Shown piece after piece: positions 39,177-49,644 of a stretch of 59,203 nucleotides of DNA (positions are counted from its first letter, which is position 1; each line of letters opens with the position of its first letter). This DNA comes from a virus. Lineage: Duplodnaviria; Caudoviricetes. Position numbers and translations under genes: made by a program. The stretch is taken from positions 1 through 59,203 of IMG/VR virus record IMGVR_UViG_3300002143_000074; one strand, given 5' to 3'. Under the pieces are notes generated by a model that ran no database searches, was not told the DNA's origin, and was given only the letters and a program-made list of their open reading frames with translations.

Positions 39177-39979
39177 CGATTTGATTTAGCAAGTTGTGCC
39201 AACACGCTATTTGCTTTGTCAATTTCCAACTGCAATCTATCAATAGATGGTAAAGAATTATAATTACCTTCTTTAAGTTTTTGCACACCAATTGTGGATG
39301 CAATAGCACTTTTTGTTTGTGTTTCTTTTAACACCGCATTTAGGATATTTTTAGTAGCTTCGTTGACTTTTGTCAAAGCCAATACAAATGCTTCTTTATA
39401 TTTCGTATTGGTTCTTTCATAACCCGCTTTTTTAATGACTACCAAATAATGTTCGGTCATCAAAGTCTTTTCCTTGGTTTCTTTCAACTCTTCCAACAAT
39501 GGTCTTAATTCCTCTTCAATGTTTGAATACTTGGTTTTAAGTTCTTGTATTTTAGAACCCAACAAATCGATTTGGTCAGATAACAAACCAAATTCCTCAA
39601 TTTTCTTCTCTAATTCGTGATCGGTTACTTGCATCTCCGATACCACCGATGTTTCATTCATCTCATTGACATGCTTTTGTACAAAATCACGGTTTGAATA
39701 ATTCAACCAATCTAACTCTTCATGTGTCAGTGGTCTATAATCTTCTGATCCATCGATGTGGAAGTCACCCGCTGGATAATAAGCCATTGAAATGTATGCA
39801 TCGGAAAAGTCGGGTGCATCTTGTGGGTCAATACCATCCACTTCAACATCTACAATTTTATTTAAATCCAGAATTGGTTCTTGGGTTATTTCTCCCAATA
39901 CTTCTTTGATTATGGATTTTAGTTCGGACACTGTTATTTTATTCATATTGTTTCCTTTTCTGGTTGTTATTTTATTCAT
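39173..39979 (-). CDS. hypothetical coiled-coil protein with ELKSIIKE leader
   Basis: 268-aa ORF; N-terminus duplicated by a 33-nt repeat. Confidence 0.75.
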   Translation of the reverse strand: MNKITTRKGNNMNKITVSELKSIIKEVLGEITQEPILDLNKIVDVEVDGIDPQDAPDFSDAYISMAYYPAGDFHIDGSEDYRPLTHEELDWLNYSNRDFVQKHVNEMNETSVVSEMQVTDHELEKKIEEFGLLSDQIDLLGSKIQELKTKYSNIEEELRPLLEELKETKEKTLMTEHYLVVIKKAGYERTNTKYKEAFVLALTKVNEATKNILNAVLKETQTKSAIASTIGVQKLKEGNYNSLPSIDRLQLEIDKANSVLAQLAKSNR

Positions 39980-39997
39980 ATTGTTTCCTTTTCTGGT
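39932..39997. repeat. perfect 33-nt tandem duplication
   Basis: TGTTATTTTATTCATATTGTTTCCTTTTCTGGT at 39932-39964 and 39965-39997. Confidence 0.95.
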
Positions 39998-42900
39998 GCA
40001 ATGGTTTTTGGTTTCTTGACTTTATTCATAGTCATTCTAATTTTATACATGGTGATACCACCCCAATCCCACGTGCTTTCTGATTCGATATTCAACCAAC
40101 CCAATGCCTCAGCTTTCTTTAACATACGGTAGGAAGTATCTTCCTTACAATCCGCAACAATTGTCTTGTCTCCAAATCCCTTCATAATATTGAAGAATTT
40201 CTTTGCACCGTTGATACTGAATCCACCAGCACATGCCAAGTCTTCAATTTGAACTTTATTAGGTCTGACACATGCCAATATATACCAATTGTCTCCGACG
40301 TAGATAAAGACTTCACTTACATCACACTCTAAATAGTTTGCAATGTCTTCAATACTAATATCATCACCGATATTTCGATTGATATATTGCATATATCGTG
40401 GGTAAGTTTTTGCTTCAATCTCCTTAACCTTCATCAAATCCGCATGACTGACGTTTTCGGTGAAAAATTCATTGAGTGTATGTTTTATAGACTCATCCAC
40501 GATAGAGTCAACCGTTGGTTTGTTGTTCATAATTTCTCCCAATTTGATTTTTGATTTTGCGCTTTTCAAGTCAACTAATATTTGATATAAAGTTTCTTGT
40601 GCCCCAGTATAGTAGTCTCTAGGTCGCGTTCCAGGAAAGCGTGGTGGATTGGGCCATAAAAAGTGTTCTATTTTTTCTTTTCCAAGGATTTTAGGTATAT
40701 ACCATTTTTTAGAGGTATTACCCATATAATCGACTATATGAGAAATTTCTTTATCTGTCAATTTATTAAGATTTTCTCTACCCAACAATTCGGCGTAAGG
40801 CATCCATATACCATCCTCGCCCGTCAATAGAGTAGCTATTGTTCCTGCAGGTAGTAAATTTATTTTATCTTTACCGATAAGATTTATCATTAAACTATAA
40901 TCTTTTGGAAGGGAATTTATCAACATACTAAGTAAGTAAGAATCGGCGTGAATTTTTCTGATATTTTCAATACCTAAAATCGGTATTACTGACCGAATGT
41001 TTTTTATGTTGTCGATAACCATACTCGCAATGGTATATTCGGAAACATCTTGTAATATTTCACGACCAAACACCTTAACCAGTTGTAATGGTGCTCGTGA
41101 AGTATATATAAGATTCGTATAATCAGATGGTTCCAATTTACTCTTTATAAAATCCGCACCCAAAATCTGTATAAGTTTTTCGGGATTTCGTGTTTTTAGT
41201 AAAACTTGGTTAACATTTTCACCACTCATTTTTTTGAGATTTTCTAAACCAACGGATTGAACCAATATATTCAAATCTGTCCGCATATTTAGAAATGACA
41301 CAAGGAGGTATGCTATATCATCATCACCCAATTCATTAATTCTCTCCTGACCAATAAGACGAGCAATAATCGGAGCCTTTTCATCCGCAGAACGTATAAA
41401 CGATTTAGTTAAGTAAGGTGTGATTACAATTTGATTTTGTTCAAAATATTGAAAAAGTGTTTGTAAAAATTCCATATCACTACTATTTTGAATTAGTAAT
41501 GATAAATGGGTTGGGTCTAGTCTTTTTACTAACGTGTTAAAATCAATATGTTTGATAAATTGTAATGTATATGAGCTACTAATCAAATAGTCCATTATTT
41601 GATATACAGGAACGACTTGCCAAAATTGGGGATTGATAGCATCGAGAAATGCGTATAAATTCTCATCCTCACGAAATCTACTAATCATGGACATGATACT
41701 ATTTGGTGTGAATGGATAACCAACTTTGTTAAAAAAAGTGTAAAGACTAATCACCGAATCAGCCCGACCTTCAATCTTCCCGGCGTTATACTTCGTATAG
41801 AATATTGTATCAATTTGCTCTTCATATAACTTTTTTATATTAGATTCACCAAGAAACTCAGCCATTTGAACAGCGTTATCTGCTTTTTGTAACATAAAAC
41901 TAACGGATGAACTATTTAATTTATCAACTCCATTAGTCAGTAACATATTGTTTATAAATTCCGACGTAACACCCTCGTAATGAAGAAAATCATTTAAAGT
42001 ACTTGATGAAAAACTTTGTATAATATCTGGACCAACTCTCTGTAATACATCAACGGGATTATCAGATGCACTAACAAATGTTTTAATTGCTTGTTCAAAG
42101 TTATATGAATCATCTTTAAATTTTTGAAAATTGTTTTTGAAAAATGATAACATGAAATTTCTATCTTCGGGGGAAGCTGAAACTATAATATCTCCTAAAC
42201 GACTTGCACCAAGGTCTAATATCTTACTCATGTCGATTTTCTCAAAAACAATTCGTTTGTCACTTGAGTTTAATAATATTGATGAAATAGCATTTATATC
42301 CAAATCTTTAACGCGATATTCCAGAAGGAAGTCAATTACTTTCTGTCTATATTCCGTAGAAGTTCTTTTTATAAGTTTGTATAACTTATCACCATCCATA
42401 CCCATCATAATTCTACGACCTTCTGATTTATCTATGATTAAAGGAAGGATGTCCGCTGGAATTGGTACCAATGCAGCTTCAACTAAAGCTAAATAGGTAT
42501 TTTTCATACCTTTATCCATCATCTCCCATTTAGCGACGTTTATAACACGCCAACCAGTTTGTAAATACAAAAGTCTTTCTTGATAATTTAATCTTTTAAA
42601 TTCATCATCTCCAATGTCATTATCCATTTCCACAATTTCCCTTTCATGTGGATTTGGTTCGATGTAAGGAAATGCTTTTTTCAAATCGACATTAGCCAAT
42701 TCGGTAAAGTTACGCTTTACCCATAGTAACGTTTTTACAGATTCATGATTACTACGATTGGTATAACTTACCTCTTCGTCATTATTAACTCCAAAATGTA
42801 TTACTGCATCAAGATCTTCAGGATTTGCAGCATATCGTTTTGGAAAATAAACATAATACATTGTCTGTTTACCAATTTCACCATATTCACCCGACTTGTA

Positions 42901-43437
42901 AGCATAAAAATAATTTGTTCCTTCGGATGGATTTTTCGCAGTACACCAGTCTGAAAACCCACTTCCATACTTGATACTCTTAACCATGTTATCGGCTCTT
43001 ACAACCACCACATTTTCATCTTTATAGGTTACATCGGTCATATCAATATTTTTACCACAAACTTCGAGTGAACCGTTACCCGAAGTCATTTTATCTTTAT
43101 TTACATCTTTGGTATCATGTTTGTTTTCAATGGTGACGACATCATCTGAAAACTCTTTAAAGTTTTTATATGTGTTGATGTCTTTTTTCAACAATTTGCG
43201 TTTAATTAAATTCAAAAACCTAGTAAAAAAGTCTTTAATGTGCGTGAAATGGTGTTCTTCTGGTTTCTCAAGAAAGAATTTAGATAATTTTGGGGAATAA
43301 ACGTGATTTGGGGTTGGGTCTAACGCAAGAATTTTATCAACGAATTCGGGATGTTTTTCCAATCGTTTTACAACCGCGTCTTTATTCAAAAATTCAAGGA
43401 TTAAAGCCTCTACTAAGAGTCTGAAAGTATCATTCAT
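39976..43437 (-). CDS. 1153-aa multidomain protein with helical repeats
   Basis: N-terminal YG..WCTA domain, central ~35-38-aa LG.E.I.KL repeats, possible GNAT-like C-terminal domain. Confidence 0.8.
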   Translation of the reverse strand: MNDTFRLLVEALILEFLNKDAVVKRLEKHPEFVDKILALDPTPNHVYSPKLSKFFLEKPEEHHFTHIKDFFTRFLNLIKRKLLKKDINTYKNFKEFSDDVVTIENKHDTKDVNKDKMTSGNGSLEVCGKNIDMTDVTYKDENVVVVRADNMVKSIKYGSGFSDWCTAKNPSEGTNYFYAYKSGEYGEIGKQTMYYVYFPKRYAANPEDLDAVIHFGVNNDEEVSYTNRSNHESVKTLLWVKRNFTELANVDLKKAFPYIEPNPHEREIVEMDNDIGDDEFKRLNYQERLLYLQTGWRVINVAKWEMMDKGMKNTYLALVEAALVPIPADILPLIIDKSEGRRIMMGMDGDKLYKLIKRTSTEYRQKVIDFLLEYRVKDLDINAISSILLNSSDKRIVFEKIDMSKILDLGASRLGDIIVSASPEDRNFMLSFFKNNFQKFKDDSYNFEQAIKTFVSASDNPVDVLQRVGPDIIQSFSSSTLNDFLHYEGVTSEFINNMLLTNGVDKLNSSSVSFMLQKADNAVQMAEFLGESNIKKLYEEQIDTIFYTKYNAGKIEGRADSVISLYTFFNKVGYPFTPNSIMSMISRFREDENLYAFLDAINPQFWQVVPVYQIMDYLISSSYTLQFIKHIDFNTLVKRLDPTHLSLLIQNSSDMEFLQTLFQYFEQNQIVITPYLTKSFIRSADEKAPIIARLIGQERINELGDDDIAYLLVSFLNMRTDLNILVQSVGLENLKKMSGENVNQVLLKTRNPEKLIQILGADFIKSKLEPSDYTNLIYTSRAPLQLVKVFGREILQDVSEYTIASMVIDNIKNIRSVIPILGIENIRKIHADSYLLSMLINSLPKDYSLMINLIGKDKINLLPAGTIATLLTGEDGIWMPYAELLGRENLNKLTDKEISHIVDYMGNTSKKWYIPKILGKEKIEHFLWPNPPRFPGTRPRDYYTGAQETLYQILVDLKSAKSKIKLGEIMNNKPTVDSIVDESIKHTLNEFFTENVSHADLMKVKEIEAKTYPRYMQYINRNIGDDISIEDIANYLECDVSEVFIYVGDNWYILACVRPNKVQIEDLACAGGFSINGAKKFFNIMKGFGDKTIVADCKEDTSYRMLKKAEALGWLNIESESTWDWGGITMYKIRMTMNKVKKPKTIAPEKETI

Positions 43438-43476
43438 AGTATTTTACTACCATAAATATCTACAAACCGTCTTAAA

Positions 43477-44841
43477 TTAGATAAATAGTGAGCTTAATTT
43501 CTCTTTATCTTTTTTACTTTTCAAATCTGCAAATTTAGAAGTCGGTTGAACTTCTCCACTTTTAATGTCTTTTGCAGGTAAACCAGTCATGGAAGACGAA
43601 CCATTCAGGGTAAATCTAACCTTACCATGTTCTCTAACAGCGGTAATAGTCTGAGAATCAGCCCCATTTTCGGATTTTAAAACAACTTTATTTCTCGACT
43701 TGGCGATTTTGGGTAAAATTAGAAAATATTGAATCCACTTTACGAAGATACTTGGTGTTTTGACAATGGTGCTGGAAAGATACCTAAACTCAATGGTTCC
43801 ACGTAACATTGCTTTTACATTGGTTCCGTGAAATCTATCAATACCAGTCAATAGTGTTTGTAAATCCGAATTGCTTAACACAAACGTATTCGTTGCACTG
43901 GACTGATTTGACTTGGTTTTGATTATCTGATTTACAATGATATTGTGTAACGAATTTCTTAATTTAGACCATGACTTAAATTCTCTTTGCGGACCAGCGT
44001 CGGTTTTGACTGCGTTTTCATCTGTTAAAGTGGTTATGGTCAATAAATCAAATGCGTCAAAGTCTTTGGGTAAACCAATGTGAACGTGAGCACTTGTTCC
44101 CCCACTGGTTGTCTGGTATCTAACATGATTACAAATACTTACCACCAAATCAAATTCGGTTTGTTTCAAATGTTTACTTCGTATTTCTACATTATCACCA
44201 TCGGGACCAACCGCCCACGTATCAGCATCTGTATCTGTTCCCTCAACCACGTTCTGATTCATTTCATTTTGAATATAGTCAATGGAACCATCCACACCAA
44301 ATTGAATATCTACGTCGTTATTAGAATCGAGAAAATAATTTCCATCGTCAATATAATTAACCCACTCCCCATCGTCAATTAATTCATCAACAAACTCCGA
44401 AATATTATCCAATTTATCATTTCTTTCCCACCTTCTATATTCCCAATCCACATCACTTTGTTCATCTTCCCACAGTTTGTGTTCTTCTTCATTGGTGGAA
44501 TCTGGTTCTGCGTTATGAGATGACCAATCATCTAAACTAACCGGTCCATATGAATCATCCCACCTAGATAGAGTCCCATCCCAACGACGATTCAACTTTT
44601 CACGTTTATTATCCAACCATTCAAAATATGCATCCGTAACAGAACTGTGATCCATTAATGCGTCTCTTATTGCATCAACATCCAATTCTTTATCTTGGTC
44701 CGACGAGTCGGGAACGTATTCTAATTCAATGCCAAACGTGTAAGCTTCCAATTCTTAACGATTGTATTTTTGAACAAGTCCTTGTTGAATCGCTGATGCC
44801 GATACAAATGGAACTATTTCGGATAGTAAAATATTTGACAT
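43477..44841 (-). CDS. putative amidoligase (COOH-NH2 ligase type 2), in-frame TAA at 44755-44757
   Basis: FGIELE, EIRS, SAHVHIG, TIEFR; ATG 44841 follows TATTTATA and reads MSNILLSE...KYNR*ELEAYTFGIELE. Confidence 0.75.
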
Positions 44842-44873
44842 TTAGTATAAATATACACTAATGTCGGTTAATT

Positions 44874-45236
44874 CTAAGAATCTAACGGATTGTCAAATTT
44901 GTAGATATTTTTATCGACAATAATAACTTTGTATGCACTGTGTATTGGTTGTGCGTTTTTACGTAATACGAAGGTTTTGTAGATGTAAGGATTGTAAGTG
45001 ACCTGACTACCTCGTTTGTCGATATTACGATAGTTTAATCCGTAGTTGATTAAGGTTCCACGAATGACTGCGTGAACATTCTTACGTCTCGTCTTGACTA
45101 CTCTTCGACGACCCTTCTCACTAACAACGAATGTAACATCATCCAATTCAACGGTTTGTGTATGATGTATAACCTTACCTTTGTGTCTTATGGAAAGACA
45201 CTTCTTGTGTAAATTGTAATAAACATCGACTCTCAT
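44874..45236 (-). CDS. phage hypothetical protein
   Basis: VYYNLHK...SIR, GR.RV....KNVHA, YNPY. Confidence 0.75.
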   Translation of the reverse strand: MRVDVYYNLHKKCLSIRHKGKVIHHTQTVELDDVTFVVSEKGRRRVVKTRRKNVHAVIRGTLINYGLNYRNIDKRGSQVTYNPYIYKTFVLRKNAQPIHSAYKVIIVDKNIYKFDNPLDS

Positions 45237-45237
45237 T

Positions 45238-45849
45238 TCAAAAGAATTTGTTGTAACTGTCAGTTGGCTTCTTAATTTTCATCTTCCACACATCCAACTC
45301 TGCAAAACTATAATCGTTGTAATTAGACATATTCTTCTTGATTGAATCCAACGTAATTTTCAATTCGTTGTTGGTTTCAATTTTCCAAGGTTTGATGTTT
45401 TGTCCGGGGTTTTTAATAATGTGTATTTCAACATAATCACATACACCCTCAACCACCTTACTGAAATCCAACCATATCCACAAATCGCAATCCAAATTGT
45501 TTTTACTTACCGTTGTGAATAAATCTTCACTGGTTGTCGCCTTCACTTCAATCTTATGTTTTCCGTTAATGTATAAGTCGTTTGATTTCTGTTTGTTATT
45601 ACGACCCGTTGATTCAACCAATGGAGTGTCACCGTATCTATCTGGTAACAACTGACGTTGTTGTATCAATAACTTCGCCATGTCTTCTGTGGCCTCACAA
45701 GAGATGTTGTCATTCTTCTGTCTGTATCTCTTGTTCTTATTCATCATTTTTTTGAGATTACGTATTTCTATGTAATCCCTAAGATACACTTGGATGTCCC
45801 GAATGGTATCTTTGATGTTGAAATCTTTTTTTGTTTTCTTGGAACTCAT
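45238..45849 (-). CDS. PD-(D/E)xK restriction-endonuclease-like protein
   Basis: E..E helix, NDLY....IEVKAT, D..IWLDF. Confidence 0.6.
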   Translation of the reverse strand: MSSKKTKKDFNIKDTIRDIQVYLRDYIEIRNLKKMMNKNKRYRQKNDNISCEATEDMAKLLIQQRQLLPDRYGDTPLVESTGRNNKQKSNDLYINGKHKIEVKATTSEDLFTTVSKNNLDCDLWIWLDFSKVVEGVCDYVEIHIIKNPGQNIKPWKIETNNELKITLDSIKKNMSNYNDYSFAELDVWKMKIKKPTDSYNKFF

Positions 45850-45947
45850 GATTCTAATATAGTATCAATGAGTTAATTAAAACCCATCAATCACAACCTA
45901 ACACCCAAAAGTGTTTTCACAACTTCTTATAAATAGAATGTGAGTTT

Positions 45948-46247
45948 TCAAATCTCACCAGTATCAACGAATTTCTGCAATAAAGGAATTAGTTCAGCCA
46001 CTTGTTGACGGTTGAGATGCATTTTCTCATTACCAACATAATGTTCTTCAATGGTCGATTCTGGATATACAACGGTATTCCAACCTTGACCAGCTTTGAA
46101 GTGTTGGACTTTTAATTTTTTAGCGCCTAGAAAAATGAAATCTCCTACAGCACTACTTTTTTGTAGGATACATTCATCTCCATTAGAATTTGAAAATGTG
46201 TAGTAACTAAATCCTCGTGCGGTAATTTGTTTGTCGTTCATAATCAT
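45948..46247 (-). CDS. phage hypothetical protein
   Basis: T.RGF...F..C.LQKSS..IFLG..MHL.R.QV..L.P.L..FV.TGE. Confidence 0.7.
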   Translation of the reverse strand: MIMNDKQITARGFSYYTFSNSNGDECILQKSSAVGDFIFLGAKKLKVQHFKAGQGWNTVVYPESTIEEHYVGNEKMHLNRQQVAELIPLLQKFVDTGEI

Positions 46248-46507
46248 TTATGGTATGTATCAATCAATTTCTTGACATTATCAATGGGAACTGAATAACC
46301 CCTATCCGGTGTGTTTGCATCGGTTTTCAATTGTTCAAAGTCAAGTTTGAGTGCATTTTGCAAATCAGTTTCATCCAACAACCGAGATGTAATTGGGATT
46401 GACCCGCCCGAATCCAAATTCAAAAATTTGATTGGTGAGTTGTAAAACAATCGTTGTCCAAGGTTAATTCTTTTTTTAAAACTTCTAAATGGTATGTTTT
46501 TTGACAT
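46244..46507 (-). CDS. hypothetical protein
   Basis: 87-aa ORF coupled to the next gene. Confidence 0.5.
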   Translation of the reverse strand: MSKNIPFRSFKKRINLGQRLFYNSPIKFLNLDSGGSIPITSRLLDETDLQNALKLDFEQLKTDANTPDRGYSVPIDNVKKLIDTYHK

Positions 46508-46538
46508 TTATATTCTTGAATTGTATATTTATAAGTAT

Positions 46539-46991
46539 ATGGACATACGCGAAATATCTTTATCTTTTAACAATGTTGGGTAATTCAAGGAGAAAAACAC
46601 TTTGATGATGCCTCCGACATGTTTATTAACAACCCCCATTGGATATAAATGTGGTAAATTCACCGATGTCACCCTAATAACAGATTCATATAAAAATGTA
46701 TTTGAGTTGGATTTGTTATTTTTTCCAAAAAAAATAACACCTGATTCTAAAGTTGGAGAGAAATTTAATTTGGATTACAATGAGTTAAAATCCTGTGTAG
46801 GTAGGATGAGAATCATGGAAGATGATTTCACTCAAATAGGAGATGCTGCTATTGCAAATTTATTCAATGTCAATATGACATTCAGTTTCAAAGATTTATA
46901 TATGATATTAGTGTATCAATCTGATAAAAAGTTATCATTTAATAAAGATTTATCTTTGAATCTTGGATATGAGTTGGGAGACAGTTTTTAA
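46539..46991 (+). CDS. hypothetical protein (paralog of 37948..38400), in-frame TAA at 46581-46583
   Basis: MDIREISLSFNNVG*FKEKN colinear with MDIREVSTVLTVPTEIDGEN; TATTTATA at 46526-46533. Confidence 0.75.
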
Positions 46992-46993
46992 TT

Positions 46994-47479
46994 CTATCCA
47001 AACATACATTCTTTAACCAATTTCTTTAAATCATTTCTACTGATATGACTACTGAAATATTTATCTGTGGTGTTTTCATCCAAAGATGAAATATCTTCCC
47101 CACCAACTGTCACCGTTTTCATTATAGAATTATTTAAAGACAATCCATCAGACCAATATTTATTGATATCCTCCAATTCGATATATGTATTTCCGTTAGC
47201 ATCTTCGACATCAACTATTTTACCTTGATCAAACATGACGGTTATTTCTTGACCGTTACTTGCTTTAAATCTAAATCTGCCACTCTTATTTCCAATCTGA
47301 GTATTTTTTATGAATCCCTCGCCACCGTCGCCAATTTTATCTAGATTTTCACTAATTACTTCATTTATAAACTTCTTTAGTTTATGTTTAATCTAAATTT
47401 CGGATAATTTGGGTTTGGTTGACATGTTCAGTTCAGACATACATTCTTTTATTAGTTTTTTAAAAAGTTCTTTGTTCAT
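46994..47479 (-). CDS. hypothetical protein with repeated KKLIKE motifs, in-frame TAG at 47393-47395
   Basis: MNKELFKKLIKECMSE...KLSEI*IKHKLKKFINEVISE runs in frame into ORF 46994..47236. Confidence 0.65.
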
Positions 47480-47483
47480 AATT

Positions 47484-48680
47484 TTAGTGAATTAATAGAT
47501 ATGTTCCCAATACATCTGATCTATTTGCAGAATCGTCACCATCCCCTGGACGCACAATTACATTATATTTAGGTTCGTCACTAGACGAAATTTTTTGCAT
47601 TTCATCATACGTGATGATACTATCAGTAGACACGTTATACTTATTACCAAGTCGTTTTCTCAATATATCCAAATTTTCCGGACTAAATTGTATTCTACCC
47701 CTCTCATCTTTAATCACTTTTCCATCTTCATTTTTTGTTATCAATTCTGCGAAAATATCCTTTGGAACCACCGTGCTGTGTTTCGTGTTTTTGAAATCTA
47801 TTTGTTTTTCTTGTTCAGGAGTAGCCCCGCTGGAGAAATTTATTTTAAAGTTTTTAGGTTTTTCTCCCATAGCAACGCTAGCCATTTTAGTGTAAGCATA
47901 AAATTCTACGTCTGGGAGAGTTCTAGCCACACTATAAGCTAAAGATAGATAATCCGGTGAGAAAAAGTCTCCCGCATCGTGCCATCTAACCACCACATTG
48001 GTATTTTTCTTTTTATACTTGACTTCTTCGGCTCTCAATTCTGATATTAATTTTGTCTTAAATCCCTCCGGATCGTTAAGTAGAAAATTTAACATTCTGG
48101 TCTGAGACATACTGGATGATTTCCACTGAACATATCCCCCTTTACGAGCATAACAATATACCTTACAGGCTCCTGCGCCGGGACACGTATCGACAATCAC
48201 GAATTGATCCGACTTCTCATCTACAGCTAGACCCTTGAGAGCTGGGAGGCCTATATTAAAATAAATTGTCGAATCCCCACCCGAATGAGTAATCTTCTCA
48301 TTTTGTTTTAAAATCTTAGCCGGTCGGGTTTTTACTGCCAATTTTAATTTTTCTAAATCAAATTTTCTATCTAACTCATCTTTTATTTCAACATTACTTC
48401 GGTGGATGAACGGCATTTTATATTTTTCGCCCGGAGTTTTTGTCTTGTCAACGACTCGATTTAGATATGATTGCATCTCGTCAGATGACATGGGGCGTGT
48501 AGTCGATCCTAACATATCACCTTCCGCTTCTGATAATTCTTCTTTCTTGGGATTTGATAAATCTAGAAAACTATCTAAGCTCATAGTTTTTAATTCACAT
48601 ATGGGTATGTGTTTAGCGTATTCTGACATACATTCCCGTATGATGATTTTAACTACATCTTTTAATTTTAAATTTGACAT
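47484..48680 (-). CDS. GP88-like (radical-SAM-like) phage protein
   Basis: TCPGAGACKVYCYA, VRWHDAGDF, FYAYTK, INFS; ATG 48680 3 nt after TATTTATA. Confidence 0.75.
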   Translation of the reverse strand: MSNLKLKDVVKIIIRECMSEYAKHIPICELKTMSLDSFLDLSNPKKEELSEAEGDMLGSTTRPMSSDEMQSYLNRVVDKTKTPGEKYKMPFIHRSNVEIKDELDRKFDLEKLKLAVKTRPAKILKQNEKITHSGGDSTIYFNIGLPALKGLAVDEKSDQFVIVDTCPGAGACKVYCYARKGGYVQWKSSSMSQTRMLNFLLNDPEGFKTKLISELRAEEVKYKKKNTNVVVRWHDAGDFFSPDYLSLAYSVARTLPDVEFYAYTKMASVAMGEKPKNFKINFSSGATPEQEKQIDFKNTKHSTVVPKDIFAELITKNEDGKVIKDERGRIQFSPENLDILRKRLGNKYNVSTDSIITYDEMQKISSSDEPKYNVIVRPGDGDDSANRSDVLGTYLLIH

Positions 48681-48731
48681 GTCTATAAATATATGGTAAA
48701 TTGTCAAATAGATGATAATATTTATTAAAAT

Positions 48732-49181
48732 ATGGATAATTTTAAATTAAAAAATATTGTAAAAGGAATTTTTGAAAATTCCGATATTAAAAAGCCAAGG
48801 TGGTGCGCTATTATTTTAGATGATGAGTCTCACAATAAACTAACATCATTTTTCAGAAATAATTTTTCTAAATTAGATAATTGGGATATTATTTCACATC
48901 ACATGACTGTCGATCCTTTTAACCCATTGACCAGTAAGGATATAGATAAGATTGGTAAAAAATACACATTAACCGTCACCGAAGTTGGACTTAGTAAATT
49001 AGCATGTGCTGTAAAAGTAGAAGGTTATGATGGAGAGACTAATAATAAATTTCCACATGTCACATTGGCGATAAATCGTGATATTGGCGGCAAACCCAAG
49101 GATAGTAATGATGTTTCAAAATGGAAACCCCTCCATATTACTGATCAAATTGAACTTAATGGTGTCGCCGAGAATTTGTGA
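48732..49181 (+). CDS. 2H phosphoesterase
   Basis: Two HxT motifs, HHMT and PHVT. Confidence 0.8.
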   Translation: MDNFKLKNIVKGIFENSDIKKPRWCAIILDDESHNKLTSFFRNNFSKLDNWDIISHHMTVDPFNPLTSKDIDKIGKKYTLTVTEVGLSKLACAVKVEGYDGETNNKFPHVTLAINRDIGGKPKDSNDVSKWKPLHITDQIELNGVAENL

Positions 49182-49214
49182 CAAATCACATTTTCTTATA
49201 ATAAAGTCAACGAA

Positions 49215-49247
49215 AAACCCACCATCAGTTTTAATGATGGTGGGTTT
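49215..49247. terminator. bidirectional intrinsic terminator
   Basis: AAACCCACCATCA / TGATGGTGGGTTT perfect stem between convergent genes. Confidence 0.8.
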
Positions 49248-49323
49248 GTCTTATAAGTTGTTATATTTTAGTAACCCTTACTCTTCTTTGTATCAGGAGT
49301 TGGAAAACCAGATTTCTTCGCAC

Positions 49324-49596
49324 TCATCCACCACCAAATTCAGAACCACCCTCTTCACCAACTGGTCCTAAAACACCCATTAATGCAGTGTGTAGTTGAC
49401 GTGCAATTTCCATAGGCATAACAAAAGATTGTTCTCCTTCTGGTCCGGTAATAACAAAAGTAACGTCTTTTGGTTGTTCCTCTTGTTGTGGTTCATCGGA
49501 ACCCATTGGTTTTTCAAATGGTGTTTCCATTCCTCCATCAGATTGAAGTTCATTGATACATTCTCTGATAATTGATACAAGTTGTTTTCTGGTCAT
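49324..49596 (-). CDS. acidic low-complexity protein with LVSIIRECINE leader
   Basis: 90-aa ORF; TATTTATA 4 nt upstream. Confidence 0.7.
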   Translation of the reverse strand: MTRKQLVSIIRECINELQSDGGMETPFEKPMGSDEPQQEEQPKDVTFVITGPEGEQSFVMPMEIARQLHTALMGVLGPVGEEGGSEFGGG

Positions 49597-49644
49597 ATCC
49601 TATAAATATAATCTTCAAGAGAAAAACGTCATTTTAAAATCATT

